DNA of 63,762 bases, the filler included, from Octopus bimaculoides (Eukaryota): the NCBI RefSeq assembly GCF_001194135.2. It is 5 parts of 5 records of this genome, joined end to end, with 100 filler letters (N's around TTAATTAATTAA, not from the genome) between each part and the next. Parts side by side here need not be neighbours in the genome. Positions count along the whole stretch, not along the records: positions 14,316 to 38,678 come from NC_068981.1; positions 38,779 to 55,893 come from NC_068990.1; 3 more parts are not named here. One strand, 5' to 3'. Positions within the stretch are counted from its first letter, which is position 1. Each line of letters opens with the position of its first letter. Both the position numbers and the translations under genes were made by a program. Below are positions 37,259 to 50,978 of the stretch, piece by piece. The notes under the pieces were generated by a model. That model ran no database searches. It worked only from the letters and a program-made list of their open reading frames with translations, and had not been told where the DNA came from.

Positions 37259-38359
37259 TCAGACCATGCCCTCCCCAACAGAGAGGCCTCTTGATCAGGA
37301 TAGATTTGTGCAGTTTTTCAGAAAAAAACTTCGTTGACGGTCTTTTTCCTTTTTAAATCATTTACATGTTTGTTCGACTGTGTTCATATGACTTTATTCA
37401 TTAAAACCTATTAAAACTTTAGTTCTTACAACTTTTGTCATTGTAATACTTTGCTTTCGTTTGTTCAATAAAAATTCCTCCTCTTAATGATTTTGCTTTC
37501 ATTTTGTGATAGACAGCTATCAAGCAGAAAATACCAGCTTCCAAATCCTGTTTTCTGATTAGATAAAATTGATTAAACTTTAAAGCCCAGTAACATTTTA
37601 CTGCAATTTTTCTGGAACAAATAAATAACAAAATCGAATTTCATGTGAAAAATTATTTCAATATACCAAATTTGAAAATTTTGAAGTAATTTTAAAATTT
37701 TACAATGTGACAGCAACATGAAAAATTATACAAAAGTTGAGAGACAGACAGTTACACACGTTGAAAATTGAAAGATGGAATTGAATAGTTTTCTGAACCA
37801 GTAGCATCTTGAAATGATGTAAAATCCCATATAAGTAGTATTGGAGGAAACAACTCTGGATATTTTTATATTCTTACGTCTTCTAGTTGGAATTGTTTGT
37901 TATTTTTCAATTTATGTTAAGAATGAAATAGCTTTAGCTATGGATCAAAATGAAAGACATTACTTATAGTTTTATTGTTTCAGTACGTTGGTAAAGTTTT
38001 CATAAATTTTAATACAGTGATTTGAAAACAAATATAAAACACTTTAATTTTCGCTTGTTAGTTTTACATCTGTTGTTGGACATATTGTAAAAGTTTTGAC
38101 TGAGCATACGATGGTTAATTCACTAAAACACATGCATTAACTGACAGGTAAAAATTAAAGAAGAAAGTATCAAAATTCGCTGTTCCCTTCAGTAAACACA
38201 TTTTCTCTCCCTCTCTCTCACACACACATTCCCTGTCTCTTTCTCTCTTCCTGTCTTCTCCCCTTCCCTGATATCAGCCACCCTCATTATGCCATCACAT
38301 TTCCATCAACCGAAAACTCTTTGCACCCTCCTCATTTTATCATATAATAACCCAACCAC

Positions 38360-38525
38360 TGTAGGGGACCCAATATCGATTTTATTGAAATCCAATTAGT
38401 CCATAACTGAACTGGATGTTAGTTTAACATGTTTGCAAAGTTTCATGAACATTGGTTCGCTGGTATGGACAGCAAGATGGTAACAGACAGAAAGACAGAA
38501 ATTGCCATTTATATATAAGATATAT
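38360..38525 (+). mobile_element. Possible Helitron/Helentron-type non-autonomous element end
   Basis: AAAGTTTCATGAACATTGG...ACAGACAGAAAGACAGA...TTTATATATAAGAT resembles HINE/DINE-like ends (from memory only). Confidence 0.35.
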
Positions 38526-38823
38526 ATATATAAATCTCTGACCGAGATATAAATAGTAGTAGCATGACATCGTGAAGTATATTTGCCACCTAAATGTGAC
38601 TAAACCTTAAGGATCGATGCTACTGTATCTTGTAGTGGCAAATATACTTCACAATATATATATATATATATATATATANNNNNNNNNNNNNNNNNNNNNN
38701 NNNNNNNNNNNNNNNNNNNNNNTTAATTAATTAANNNNNNNNNNNNNNNNNNNNNNNNNNNNNNNNNNNNNNNNNNNNATATATATATATATATATTTAT
38801 ATGCGTGTGGAAGTCACATATTC

Positions 38824-38862
<39 letters not shown>

Positions 38863-38894
38863 ATGAGCAGCGGTGTTATTCTAATGTGTGTAGG

Positions 38895-38985
38895 GAATAC
38901 ACATGTTTCGGCAAAATTCGAAAATAATTGCACAAAAGAGGTAGAAAAACCATGTACATATGCAATCACCTCATCAGTGTCTTTG
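38895..38985 (-). ncRNA. Degenerate hammerhead-like motif
   Basis: Minus strand CTGATGA-GG-TGATTGCA...TGCAATTA...CC-GAAAC-ATGT-GTA; stem I pairing is poor. Confidence 0.35.
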
Positions 38986-41009
38986 AAATATATGCGTTTA
39001 TGTGTGTGTGTGTGTCTGTGTGTGTCTGTGTGTGTGTGTGTCTGTGTGTGTGTGTGTTTATTTTTATGTGTGTGTATCTGATTGTGTGTTTGTGCATGTA
39101 GCTATATGGAGAGGAGATATGCACACCTGCGATGAGATAAACACATCTCCTTGAATGGCCAGCATCGCAGTAGTTTTCAAAATTCGTAAACCAATATTGG
39201 ATGGAGCGGGAGTCTAGTTGTTAAGTATGGTAATTTGGATATTTGCACGAAATCTTGAAATAGTCTGATTAATTTAGAAATAATGATTACAGAACTAAAG
39301 AAACAATTCTAAAGTTAACAATTCTTTATGGAGGTGTTGCAGAAGATAATTGAATTCATGAGTTCCAGAATTGCAGGTAAATGGTTTCCTAGTTTTCTTA
39401 CAAGAAAAAAGGCGGTGCGTGTGTAGAGTCAGCTTAATTCATGCAAGGAAAAGAAAAACAAATTGGGTTGTATTACGAGTAAATATTGAAGTAACCAGAA
39501 ACTAAAATTGCACAGCCTGTTTAATGAATGAATGAAAAAATTCTTCCACGTCACACACACACACACACACACACATATCTTATTGTTTGATCTTTATGCC
39601 AACTTATCGGTAGATATATAAACAATTTAAAGTCCAGTATCACTAAATACCTTCAAGCAGACTACATACTTGTTAATTTTTACACAAAAAATGTTGAAGA
39701 TAACTTCGAAGTTTCAGCATGCTCCTCGAACTTCGAAACCACTGTCAGCCTTTCTTTACCACGTAAAATTTTATGCATGCGTGTGTGTATGCTTGTGTGT
39801 GTGTGTGTATGTGAGTGAGTGTGTGTGTGTCTGAGGGTGTGTGTGAGTGTGTGTGTGTCTGTGTGTGTGTGAGTGTGTGTATACACTCATGCGGAATAGC
39901 ACCAGTTGAATTTGTCCTCGACACACAGACAGACACAACACGTACGGCATGTGATGACGACTTTGATGATATTGTTTATTAAAAATAGATTTTAATTGTT
40001 TAAGCAAACACGTCCTAAGCTGTTGGATTGACAGGTCTGGGCTTTCAATCTAAAGTTGTTATGTTTATTATTATTAATATTATTGTCGTTGTTGTTGTTG
40101 CTGTTGTTGTTGGTAGAAGTAGTAGTATATATGCATATATTATTATACATATATATATACACACAGGCACACATACGCACGCGCGCGCGCATACGCACGC
40201 AACCACTGGCGGCAATTGGTGTTGACTCCAAGGTGTAACCTACTTTATATCCGTTGTCAATCAATTAACGCTCCCAACTCCACATCAATCAACATCATTT
40301 GCAAAGATTATTTTAGATGCTTCGTTTAACTCTCACTTTCTCACACTCTCTGCTTCTTCTCCTCTTTCTCTCTCTCTCTCTCCCTCTATGGTTTATAATT
40401 TAAATGTTTCTAATTACACAACTTGTGCTAACTTATTTAATGACATCTACAAATAACTATTTTAACTTTTAAGTCATTATATAACACATCTAAGATACAC
40501 AAAATCGCTAGCCGCAATAATTTAGCTGGGAATCTTAGGCAGAATGAATTAACAAATAGATTTAAGATAACACTTGTAAAATATAATCTATCACTGTGAA
40601 GTGAACCTGTTTAGTTTTTCTGTAAAGTGCGTCTGGGGTTAAAATTCAAGTTAGTGTGAACATCTGATCCAGTAGTTGACTTTCGTGATACATCGCAGCT
40701 ACAGATTTTCTTCATGCCTGTGTACTTAAAAAATGTAGCAATCCTTGTGACGAGCTGACAACAGAATGAGGCAGGTTAAGCATACAATTTCCCATATCGT
40801 GTATGATACAATCTATTATTTTAGGACAGCTGGCATACTTGATTGTTTCTGAGTCTCAGAAAATCAATTGATTACGAGTAAAACTGTGTAGGAGCAAACG
40901 ACTGGTAACGTTAGGTACAGCGTTTGTAAAAGGACAACGGGAGCTCTGCGTTATTCTTAAACTTAAAATGAATATAATTATTTAAAATGTTAGCATAAGG
41001 ATAGCAATT

Positions 41010-41182
41010 CGACGAGAAGGGGGTTAGTCGTTTATATTAACTCCAGTAACTGACGCGTACTTTATTTTATCAACCCCAAACGAGCGAAAGGCAAAAGTTT
41101 ACCTTAGAATGTAATGAACCGAAGAAAATGCCGCTAAGAATTTTATCTGACTCGCAAACGTGTCTGCCAGCCCGTCACCTTT
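41010..41182 (-). mobile_element. SINE family B, old copy
   Basis: TACTTATTTTATCAACCCCAAACGAGCGAAAGGCAAAAG...TCTGCCAGCCCGTCACCT. Confidence 0.65.
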
Positions 41183-42158
41183 AAAATCCATATAACTGAC
41201 ATATTTGTATGTAGTATAGTAGCAAAATTGATATAATGAAACTTTAGGTCTTTTTCAATAAATATAATTAATTCCATCTAATCTGCTACATTATGTTTAT
41301 CTCGATATAGTCTTAAAACGAAGATTGATTTTAGATTTATTCTGAAATAATATTTACACATTATTAAATATCCTTTCCCTGGCTTAGCCTATGAACCTAC
41401 TCCTTGTCTTATCATGGTCGTTTTCTAAACGTACCATCAGCCAATCCTCTGCAGTCCACTTTCCTCCTCAGTACTACTGTAACCATGGGATTATATCTGG
41501 AGCCGAAGTTTCTCCACAGACATCAAGCTGCATAAATTCAAGCTGAATATCAATTGTGTCCATCCCACTAATCGGAAGTAAATACCAACTGATTTTGCAA
41601 CTACCGTTCATCTGCCGACCAACTGAAAAGAACAAGTTTGAGGATATGTTTTTCTTTGTAGATAATGCACCTATCCTCGTTTATCACGAGCGTTTGATTC
41701 CAATGTAATACTAGATACACTGTGCTTAAAACGTGTGATGGTGATGACTGGTGGAACATCCTTGATCAGATAACTTTACTCCGGGCTGATTTGTGCCTAA
41801 TCAACAAACGGAATGACTGAATTGCTGAGTAAATGATTGGCATAAATTGTTCTTCTCTTGTATTCGAACTAGTAACTTAAACACCAAATTCTTCAAGAAG
41901 TAAGTAATGAGGTTGCTATGCTTTCATTTTCTAGATGACAATAAATTTTAACGAAGGAAACGGCTTGGTACCTGAATGTATTCTATGCAGTAACTAATGG
42001 CCCAAAATTTCCCCGTTTATGATTGGGAAAACTGGTATTTATTTATTTCCATTGCTAATTGCTTCAAAACTGCACCCAAACACAACACACGCTGTTTGTA
42101 CCAGAATATTATTGTTTGGTATAGAAATCAGCCTGAAGGCAGTAGTTGATATTGGTAT

Positions 42159-42191
<33 letters not shown>

Positions 42192-42413
42192 AGTGAGTGT
42201 GAGTGTGCGCGTGTGCGTAGGCACCCTGTGTGTGTGTGTTTGTGTGCGTGTGTGTGTGTGTCTGTCTGTCTGTGCGTTTGCGTATGTATGCGCGAGGTGC
42301 TTGTTTAATGGTTTTATCTGTCTGGAGGGAAACATGTAGCGGGTACATATTAATGTAAAGTTGCTTGTATGTAAGTGGCGATATATTTTTTAACTTCACT
42401 GCTTTTATGTATG

Positions 42414-42450
<37 letters not shown>

Positions 42451-42462
42451 NNNNNNNNNNNN

Positions 42463-42548
<86 letters not shown>

Positions 42549-43321
42549 AGGATGTGCAAAGTGCGAATTGTAATATTTAATTATTCAATATTCCGATAAA
42601 GCTGTAGTAATACCATGGGATATCTACTTTAGTCCGTTTATAGAATAAGTTTCTATAGGTTTCAATATACGTCAATATACCAAATCTTATTACCAGACAA
42701 ACTTTAAGACTACAGCTTCACTATTGGAATCGGATCATTTACTGATTTAATTTTATTGCGGTATTATTGTTTGCTGGTTAGTGGCGAGGATTGTAATGGT
42801 AGGAGCCAAAAATGAAGCGGTGAGTAATAATGATATAATTCACGATGGTGGCGACGCTAATGGTAGTGATGGCGGCGGTTGTCGCGGTGGTGGTTGTCGG
42901 CGTTGTCGTCATCGTCGTAATAATGTTAGTGAGGTTTTTGTTACTACGACTGTTTCGTTCTGTTTTTTTTTTGGGGGGGGGTAATGTTTTTTCCATTTAT
43001 TTTATATTTTTGTAGATGTTATTACTGATATTGTCGATAATTTTGCTTGTGTTGTTTTTATAGTGGTTGAATTCGGTGCTGGAGCTACTTTCACAAACCT
43101 TTAAATAAATTGGAAACGCGTCTAAGATTTTTTTTTTCATGAAAACAACAAATATTTAACAATAACGATAAATCTAACCTGTCTCACTCTTCCTCTTTTT
43201 TCCTTTCTAACTTTATTTAGAGTAATTCTATCTATTCTTTTCAATGAACTCAAACTAGTCTACAGATATATATCCTGCAGTAATATACATGTGTGGCTGT
43301 GTGTACGTGCAAATATATATA

Positions 43322-43680
43322 CAAGGTGTCCCAATAAAATTGACATCATTTTGGAGTCTAATAGCATAGCCAATGCTCGTTCAAGTCTCAAATTTTAACA
43401 AAATGTGTAAAAAGCAAGTTTGTATCGGGCATGCCAGTGATAATGACAATGTGCTGTTGAAATGGCCACCGGGTTCACCTAACTTGAAACCTTGTGATTT
43501 TTTTTCTAGAGGGTTATGTGAAAGGACTGGTCTATATCCTACCTCTTCCTACAAGCCTAGAAGAACTCATGTAGAGAATCACTGTGGAGCAAGACATGCT
43601 ATAGCTTGTTTGACAGAGGCTGGACTACCGACTTGACGTGTGTCGGGTCAAAGGCGGTGCGCATATTGAAAAATACGTGA
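43322..43680 (+). mobile_element. Tc1/mariner-superfamily relic (left TIR fused to transposase C-terminus)
   Basis: TA|CAAGGTGTCCCAATAAAA terminus; frameshifted WPPGSPNLKPCDFF/GYVKGLVYILPLPTSLEEL...LDYRLDVCRVKGGAHIE. Confidence 0.75.
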
Positions 43681-43843
43681 AGCATTGTGAAGTCGGTTAT
43701 ACAAGCTTCAGCGTCCTGAATCTCTTGTCCAAATTTTGATAAATTAAATTTTATTGCTCAACATGCAGCGTACTTAATTTCGTTTGCGTAGGACATGTAA
43801 TTACACAGATATTCACATTTCAAATGATGTCAATTTTTCTCGT

Positions 43844-44005
43844 CTGCATGTGTTTTTATGCAGAAGCGAGTTCCTATTGTGCAGCTTGCAATGAATATAT
43901 TAATTCGGTGATGTCTTTGAATAAATTTCTACACAAGAATACCTACATTCGTAATATATATGTAGCTATATGTGAATTAATCGCGTCACACACACCCAGT
44001 CACAT
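43844..44005 (+). repeat. ~160-bp direct repeat, copy 1 (copy 2 at 45993-46159)
   Basis: CTGCATGTG...GCAGAAGCG.GTTCCTA.TGTGCAGCTTGCAATGAAT...CACACACACCCAGTCACAT occurs in both copies. Confidence 0.9.
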
Positions 44006-44050
44006 ATATGTGTATGTGTGTGTATGTGTGTGTGTATGTGTGTGTATGTG

Positions 44051-44405
<355 letters not shown>

Positions 44406-44664
44406 AAATATATATATATATATATTGTTGTGGCGGACGCCCCCCCAAGCGAGAAGTGGGCTGGTCCACTACTAATAAATAGTGGACTGACAGAGTCATT
44501 ATAGTTGGTCGGTGAAGGTATGCCATTTGGACGAGTCCCGTAGAGGCGACGAAATACGTCGTCAGCATGGGACATATCAGTGGCGACGCGGGTTCGGACA
44601 ATATTGTCACTGGGACATATCATACACGCACACACACACACACACTCACATGTATAAGAAGCCT

Positions 44665-44850
44665 GCTTCCCTACCACATGGTTCCCAGTTCAGTCCCATT
44701 GCGTGATACCTTATCTTCTGCTATAGTCTCGGATCGACCAAAGCCTTCTGAATGGATTTGGTAGACGGAAACTGAAACGCTATATATATAGCCTTGCAAG
44801 GCGGTGCCCCAGAATGACCGCAGTCAATTGATTGAAACAAGTGAAAGAAA
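44665..44850 (+). mobile_element. SINE family A, internally deleted
   Basis: CCACATGGTTCCCAGTTCAGTCCC head, GGATTTGGTAGACGGAAACTGAA body, GGCGGTGCCCCAG tail. Confidence 0.7.
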
Positions 44851-45078
44851 GAATATGCACGCTCACACATTTACATCCGTACATACGCACACACAAGCAC
44901 ATCTATAATATCTACATTCTACGCGTCTCTGTGCATGCATACATACATACATACATACATACATACATGTACTCATGAAAACGTATGTGAGTTCATGTGT
45001 ATATGCGTGTGTGTATATGTGTGAGAGTGTGTGTGAGAGAGAGAGAGTGTGTGAGAGAGAGAAAGAGTGTGTGTGTGT

Positions 45079-45121
<43 letters not shown>

Positions 45122-45131
45122 NNNNNNNNNN

Positions 45132-45185
<54 letters not shown>

Positions 45186-45723
45186 TCACACGCGAAGATG
45201 AATATGTGTGTATAAAAGGACGAACGGGGTCTGAGAATAAATAATCCTTTCCTAGATGTGTTTAATAACTTTTATATATGATAAAATACTTCCAAAGAAT
45301 AATCAAGATATTTTATAAAGGCTGAAAGAACGATGAGGCTGTAAACAGTAGAGTATTGAAAAATTATTCTTGAATTTTCTATGCACTTCATCAGTTTCAA
45401 AGATGAGTGTTTAAAAATATTCAGTCTATGAGCTACCAAGGATCAAATGCAAAAAGTTTCAACCTGCTAGAAATAAGTGGTAAATACCTTCCGCAAATAC
45501 TATACATGTATAAATGTACAGTTAAAATCTACTCTTGGCTGTTCATGTCTGCCAGGAACAACACAGGAAGAAATTCAAAGCAGACTCTCAACATTTGATA
45601 TTATAAATATATTTATCCACTCTTCCCAATTTATTGAGCTCTAGAGCACAATATTTGTGCTGTATTTATACTTGTATACACTTTAGATAGGCTTGCATCA
45701 TATTATACGTGTGTGTGTGTGTA

Positions 45724-45813
<90 letters not shown>

Positions 45814-45992
45814 TGTGTGTGTGTGTGTGTGTGTGTTAGTATTGTTTGTGCTTGTCTCAGAGTGTGCTTTATTGGAGCTGCACGCTACACGCATGAATAA
45901 ATCTACCTCTGTGTGTGTGTGCGTCTGTGTGCGTGTGTGTGCGGGCGTGTGTGTGTGTGTGCGTGTGTGGGTGGGTGTTAGTGTGTGTGTGA

Positions 45993-46159
45993 CTGCATGT
46001 GTCCTTATGCAGAAGCGGGTTCCTACTGTGCAGCTTGCAATGAATGATTAATTCGGTGATGTCTTTGAATAAATTTCTACACAAGAATACCTACATTCGT
46101 AATAAATGAATACATGTAGCTATATGTGAATAAATCGTGTCACACACACCCAGTCACAT
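45993..46159 (+). repeat. ~165-bp direct repeat, copy 2
   Basis: Matches 43844-44005. Confidence 0.9.
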
Positions 46160-46164
46160 GTGCA

Positions 46165-46196
<32 letters not shown>

Positions 46197-46666
46197 TCAG
46201 AGGAAAACACACACGCACACATAAGAAATGTAAAAATTACTAATACGTTTTTTGCAAGGCTGCAGAATAAATTCCTTCAGAACTGGATCTTTCTTCGAAG
46301 CGCCACAGTGTGCGTTCGTTTGTGTGTGTATGTGTGTGTATGTGTGTGCACGCGTACATGCGTATATGCGTGTGTCCGTGTGTGCATACGTATGTGCGTG
46401 CGTGCGTGTGTGTGTGTTGGCTCTATTTGGATATGTTCGTGAATGCAGGCACACTTGTCAGGATGCATGTGTATGAGTTACAGTAGATGTAGGGGAAGAC
46501 TGACTGCTTTCTGATAACGTAATCCAGTTCACAGAATCTATCTGACTTTCAAGCGATTCTTTAAACGCAAGCACAGAACAGCACAACAGATTTTCTTATA
46601 ATATGCAGAATTTCACAAATACCATTCTGCTTCGTTCGTTTCCCATTATGAAACTAGTCACATCTA

Positions 46667-46667
<1 letters not shown>

Positions 46668-46762
<95 letters not shown>
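46668..46762. repeat. (TTA)n microsatellite
   Basis: Read directly. Confidence 0.95.
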
Positions 46763-46763
<1 letters not shown>

Positions 46764-47281
46764 GCTGTTGTTGTTTTGTTCTTGTTGTTGTTATTCTATA
46801 TCTCGTTTCATTTTATTCCATTTCACATTGTTTGACGTTGAAATTTTCCTTATACATGATATATATGTATTTCGTATACAAACGAGTTTCAAGATTTAAT
46901 TCCAGCGTTTTTCAATGCAAATCTGGCAATGTAATTGATAATGCTAGAGTAACTTGACGAGAGAACCTTTACAATGTAATCATGGCGGCCATCGTATGTA
47001 TGAAGCTGGTTCGTAAGAAATGAGTTCACACGTAAAATGAAACTTCCGTTTCGAAGAACAGGAATAATGCAGGAAAGCATAATAATGCATTTCAATGGAA
47101 ATTGCCGTTGCTCTTTGTTTTCGCTTATTTTACATTCTTCTTCGTGTTATTGTTGAACATGTTAATGGTTGTCTGTATTTTTGTTTTCTTTTTAAAACGA
47201 CGTCAAGTTTTATATAATAAAGCTTGGATACCATTTCTGTATAAACGATAATATTAATATCATTTATAATAATAAATAATA

Positions 47282-47355
<74 letters not shown>

Positions 47356-49148
47356 TAACTTACAATAATAACAATAATAATGGTGATGATGATGTTAATA
47401 ATGACAATGGTGATAATATTACCTATAATCATTTATAAGATTTATGATTTTCATTATAAATTAATCATACCTATCGTTATTATTAATATCGATATTCTTA
47501 TTAATATTATTGGGGCTATTGTTTCTGTTGTTATTATTGCTGCTACTACTACTACTACTATTACTACTACTACGACTGCGTGTCACATAAAATAGAGCAA
47601 ACTTATGACATATCATGCGTTGTGATTAGCTTTTGAACATGAAGTTTTAAATTAATTTATTAGCAGAATTTATTGAGATAACACACAATGTTATGTGTGT
47701 GTGTGTGTGTGTGTACGTACGTATGAATATATATATATATATNNNNNNNNNNNNNNNNNNNNNNNNNNNNNNNNNNNNNNNNNNNNNNNNNNNNNNNNNN
47801 NNNATATATATGCATATATACATACGTACGTACGTACGTACACACATAAAACACATAAATGTGTGTGTATGGAGTTGGTCTCTTTCGATGATATCTAATC
47901 GTGTGTTTCTGTTCTTAGAAATTTCCTTTTCCGAGCATGCATATATTGACAAATCTTCATTGCAAGACTAGCAGCCAATCTTTCCATGCAAGTGTCTTCT
48001 GTTGCTGCCGCCCCAAGAAGAAAATACACTTAGCTGTCAAAGGAACAATTTCGCTAGACACTGTTGGGCATCAGTGACGTGAAAGATATTGTCCCATTAC
48101 AACTGTCACTCAAAGAGACGCCGATGTCCATGACGTTAAATGTGATGTAGGAAAATACGCGACCGATGGTGCTAATCCACAGATTCACATACAATTCAGT
48201 AGAGAGAATCAGTAAGGTTAATAAGGTTGCTCGCACCGGGTATTTAAGACCTTTGTTACGTCATTAAAAAACAAATAAACCAGCTTAAGTATTTAACAAC
48301 AGTTTAGAATGTTGATGAATGAATATTTACCAATTAAATGGCTGACCTTAGATGCAATGAAAGATGTCTGTTTATGTAGCAGCAGTATACTGTTAAAGTG
48401 TTAATTTCAAGTTATCCTACATCAGTGCAGTAGAGAAGATCGTGGATTTTTGTTATAGTTGGAGTTTTATACCATAAACCTTAAACCCCCTTTATTAGAT
48501 TCAGGACTTTATTCTTTTATAATGTAAGCCAAAAGGATCTGGTTAGAAAGTAGGGAAGGAAGTGCTGATTCTGCCTGAGACTGCACAGCCTCCGTTTAAC
48601 TTGCGCTATATAGTCATTCACCAGCTTGTGTCCATTTTATTGGACAAAGAGAAAGAATTGTCACCAATAACGGTTATTGAGAGCATGCTCTTAGTTTAAC
48701 AGTGACGATAACGGTTCTAATGGGAAGCTGTTGAAAATTAAATGTTTTGTTTTGTTATTTGGTTCTTTTCTTAAAGTTTGCTCTGGAGTAAGGGGCTGCA
48801 ATTTTGATTTTCACGGACGTTCAAGGACTGACAAGATGAATGTGCTTGATGGTTATCATGGACATTCACATCAACGACAGCGGATAAAACATCTGCAGGG
48901 AAATAAGTTTACAGGTCTAATGGGAAGAGGAGAGATAAAATGTGTTGGGTGAGTTTCTATAGAGTTGATATATTTCAGCGAGATCCAAGAGTGGAAAACA
49001 TGGTACACATGTGGCATCAGACCTAGACCTGTTGGCCCAAGAAGTCTTAGACCAACAGCTGTTGGGGGTCTGACGACACACCATAAAGCTAAACCCTTTA
49101 TGGATAGGAAACCCACGGAAATCCCATAAACCAGCCTCCCTCATTAAA

Positions 49149-49206
<58 letters not shown>

Positions 49207-49702
49207 CAGACGCATACATATATATATATATATATTTATATACATATATGCATATATACACATACACATACACACACACACGCGTGCATACACACACACA
49301 CGCGTGCATACACACACACACTCACACACACACACACACACACATATTACATAACTGAAAAGATTTTACAATTCTCAGATGAAACCTGGAAGCTGAATAT
49401 CTCTCTTTTATTATATGATATTAAACAAGTAATGTTTTATCTATGCGTGAAAATATTCTCATTTCGTAGTGAAAAGAGTTAGATTGCTGTCAATTTCAAG
49501 TTCATTGAATGTACAACAGAATTGGCCTCTTATCTGCTCTAATAGAGCAGTGATGCAAGAGATATTCAGTCTGCAGATATCAGCTTATCATTATACATAG
49601 GATGACACTAATTCCAAACTTTAGAACGCTTTCTCTGAAATATAACGACTCCTCGACGACGACGACGATAATGATGATGATGTTGATGATGATGATAATG
49701 AA

Positions 49703-49753
<51 letters not shown>

Positions 49754-49755
49754 TT

Positions 49756-49814
<59 letters not shown>

Positions 49815-49859
49815 GATCGATCTAGCTTGACCAGCAGAGTGTTATATGAAATGGTAGAG

Positions 49860-50100
49860 AAAACGAAAAAAATCGTGAAATATGTATACATCAGAATAAA
49901 TGTTGAATGTGGAATATGGAAGCATGATTGGTATCAGTCGTGATTGGAGCAATTGGCTTGGTGACGGAACCATTCAGAAACACCTTGACACTATTGGAAT
50001 TTGTAGCAGCATTACGATATTGCAAAACACAACACTTCTGGGAACAGCAAATATCCTGTGGAAAGTACTGTTTATCTAAGGTTCCATAACTTGATAGGAA
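49860..50100 (+). mobile_element. R4/Dong-like LINE C-terminal fragment
   Basis: MWNMEA*LVSVVIGAIGLV and HLDTIGICSSITILQNTTLLGTANILWKVL resemble the restriction-like endonuclease C-terminus. Confidence 0.7.
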
Positions 50101-50179
50101 ATCAATTAAAGATCCAATGTTAAAAAGATTATCATTGTGCAAATGAAGGAATAAAAATAGTTCAAAATTTGACACAAAA

Positions 50180-50385
50180 AAAAGTTTAGAGAGGGAGAAG
50201 GTTAGTTGATTACACCAGCTCCAGTACATTACTGGTACATAATTTTATCAACTCCGAAAGGGTGAAAGACAAAATTGATCTCGACAGTATCTAAACTCAG
50301 AACATATTGCTGGAAGAAATTCTGCTTAGCATTTGAACGACGTACTATCGATTCTGCTATCTCCCCAACAACGACAAAAACAACA
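50180..50385 (-). mobile_element. SINE family B, old copy
   Basis: ACTGGTACATAATTTTATCAACTCCGAAAGGGTGAAAGAC...AAACTCAGAAC. Confidence 0.65.
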
Positions 50386-50434
50386 ACAAAAACAACAACA
50401 ACAACAATAATAATGATAATGATAATAATAATAG

Positions 50435-50916
50435 TAAGCAAAACACGCAGAGATTGATGGAGTCCGAAACTCGCAAAATCCACTGGGATTTCCCGATCCA
50501 AACAGATCAGGTGCTAGAGCATAGCAGACTGGGCCTAATGGTGGTGGATAAGATGAACCACATGTGCTATATAGTTAATGCTGCATGCCCGTTTGACCCA
50601 CGAATAGCCAAGAATGATGGCGAAAAGACAAATAAATACAACCCTCTTAAGTTTGTACGGAAAACCTGGCTATGGAAAATGAAGGAGATGAAGATACTGC
50701 CAATTATTTTTGGGTCCTTGGGAATAGTATCAGAAGGCATCAAGAGGAATATAAAAGAAATTGAAATTGAGTGCCCAGTACAACTGTTACAAAAGGTTTG
50801 CCTCCTTGGTACGGCCAGAATAATCAGGAAAGTATTAGATAGCTTAAAACAACGTATAACATGATACCGTAGGCATGCAAGACTCCAGGAGCTCCAACAA
50901 AACTTGTGATGAAGAG
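50435..50916 (+). mobile_element. 5'-truncated R4/Dong-like LINE: restriction-like endonuclease domain and 3' UTR
   Basis: ORF 50454-50864 KIHWDFPIQTDQVLEHSRLGLMVVDK..CYIVNAACPFD..KTNKYNPL..ILPIIFGSLG..LQKVCLLGTARIIRKVL; flanked by (TAA)n tracts. Confidence 0.85.
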
Positions 50917-50917
50917 A

Positions 50918-50977
<60 letters not shown>

Positions 50978-50978
<1 letters not shown>

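Noticed and set aside
46889-48236. Short non-repetitive ORFs 46889-47095 and 48054-48236
   Set aside because: No recognisable domain and no convincing splice signals.
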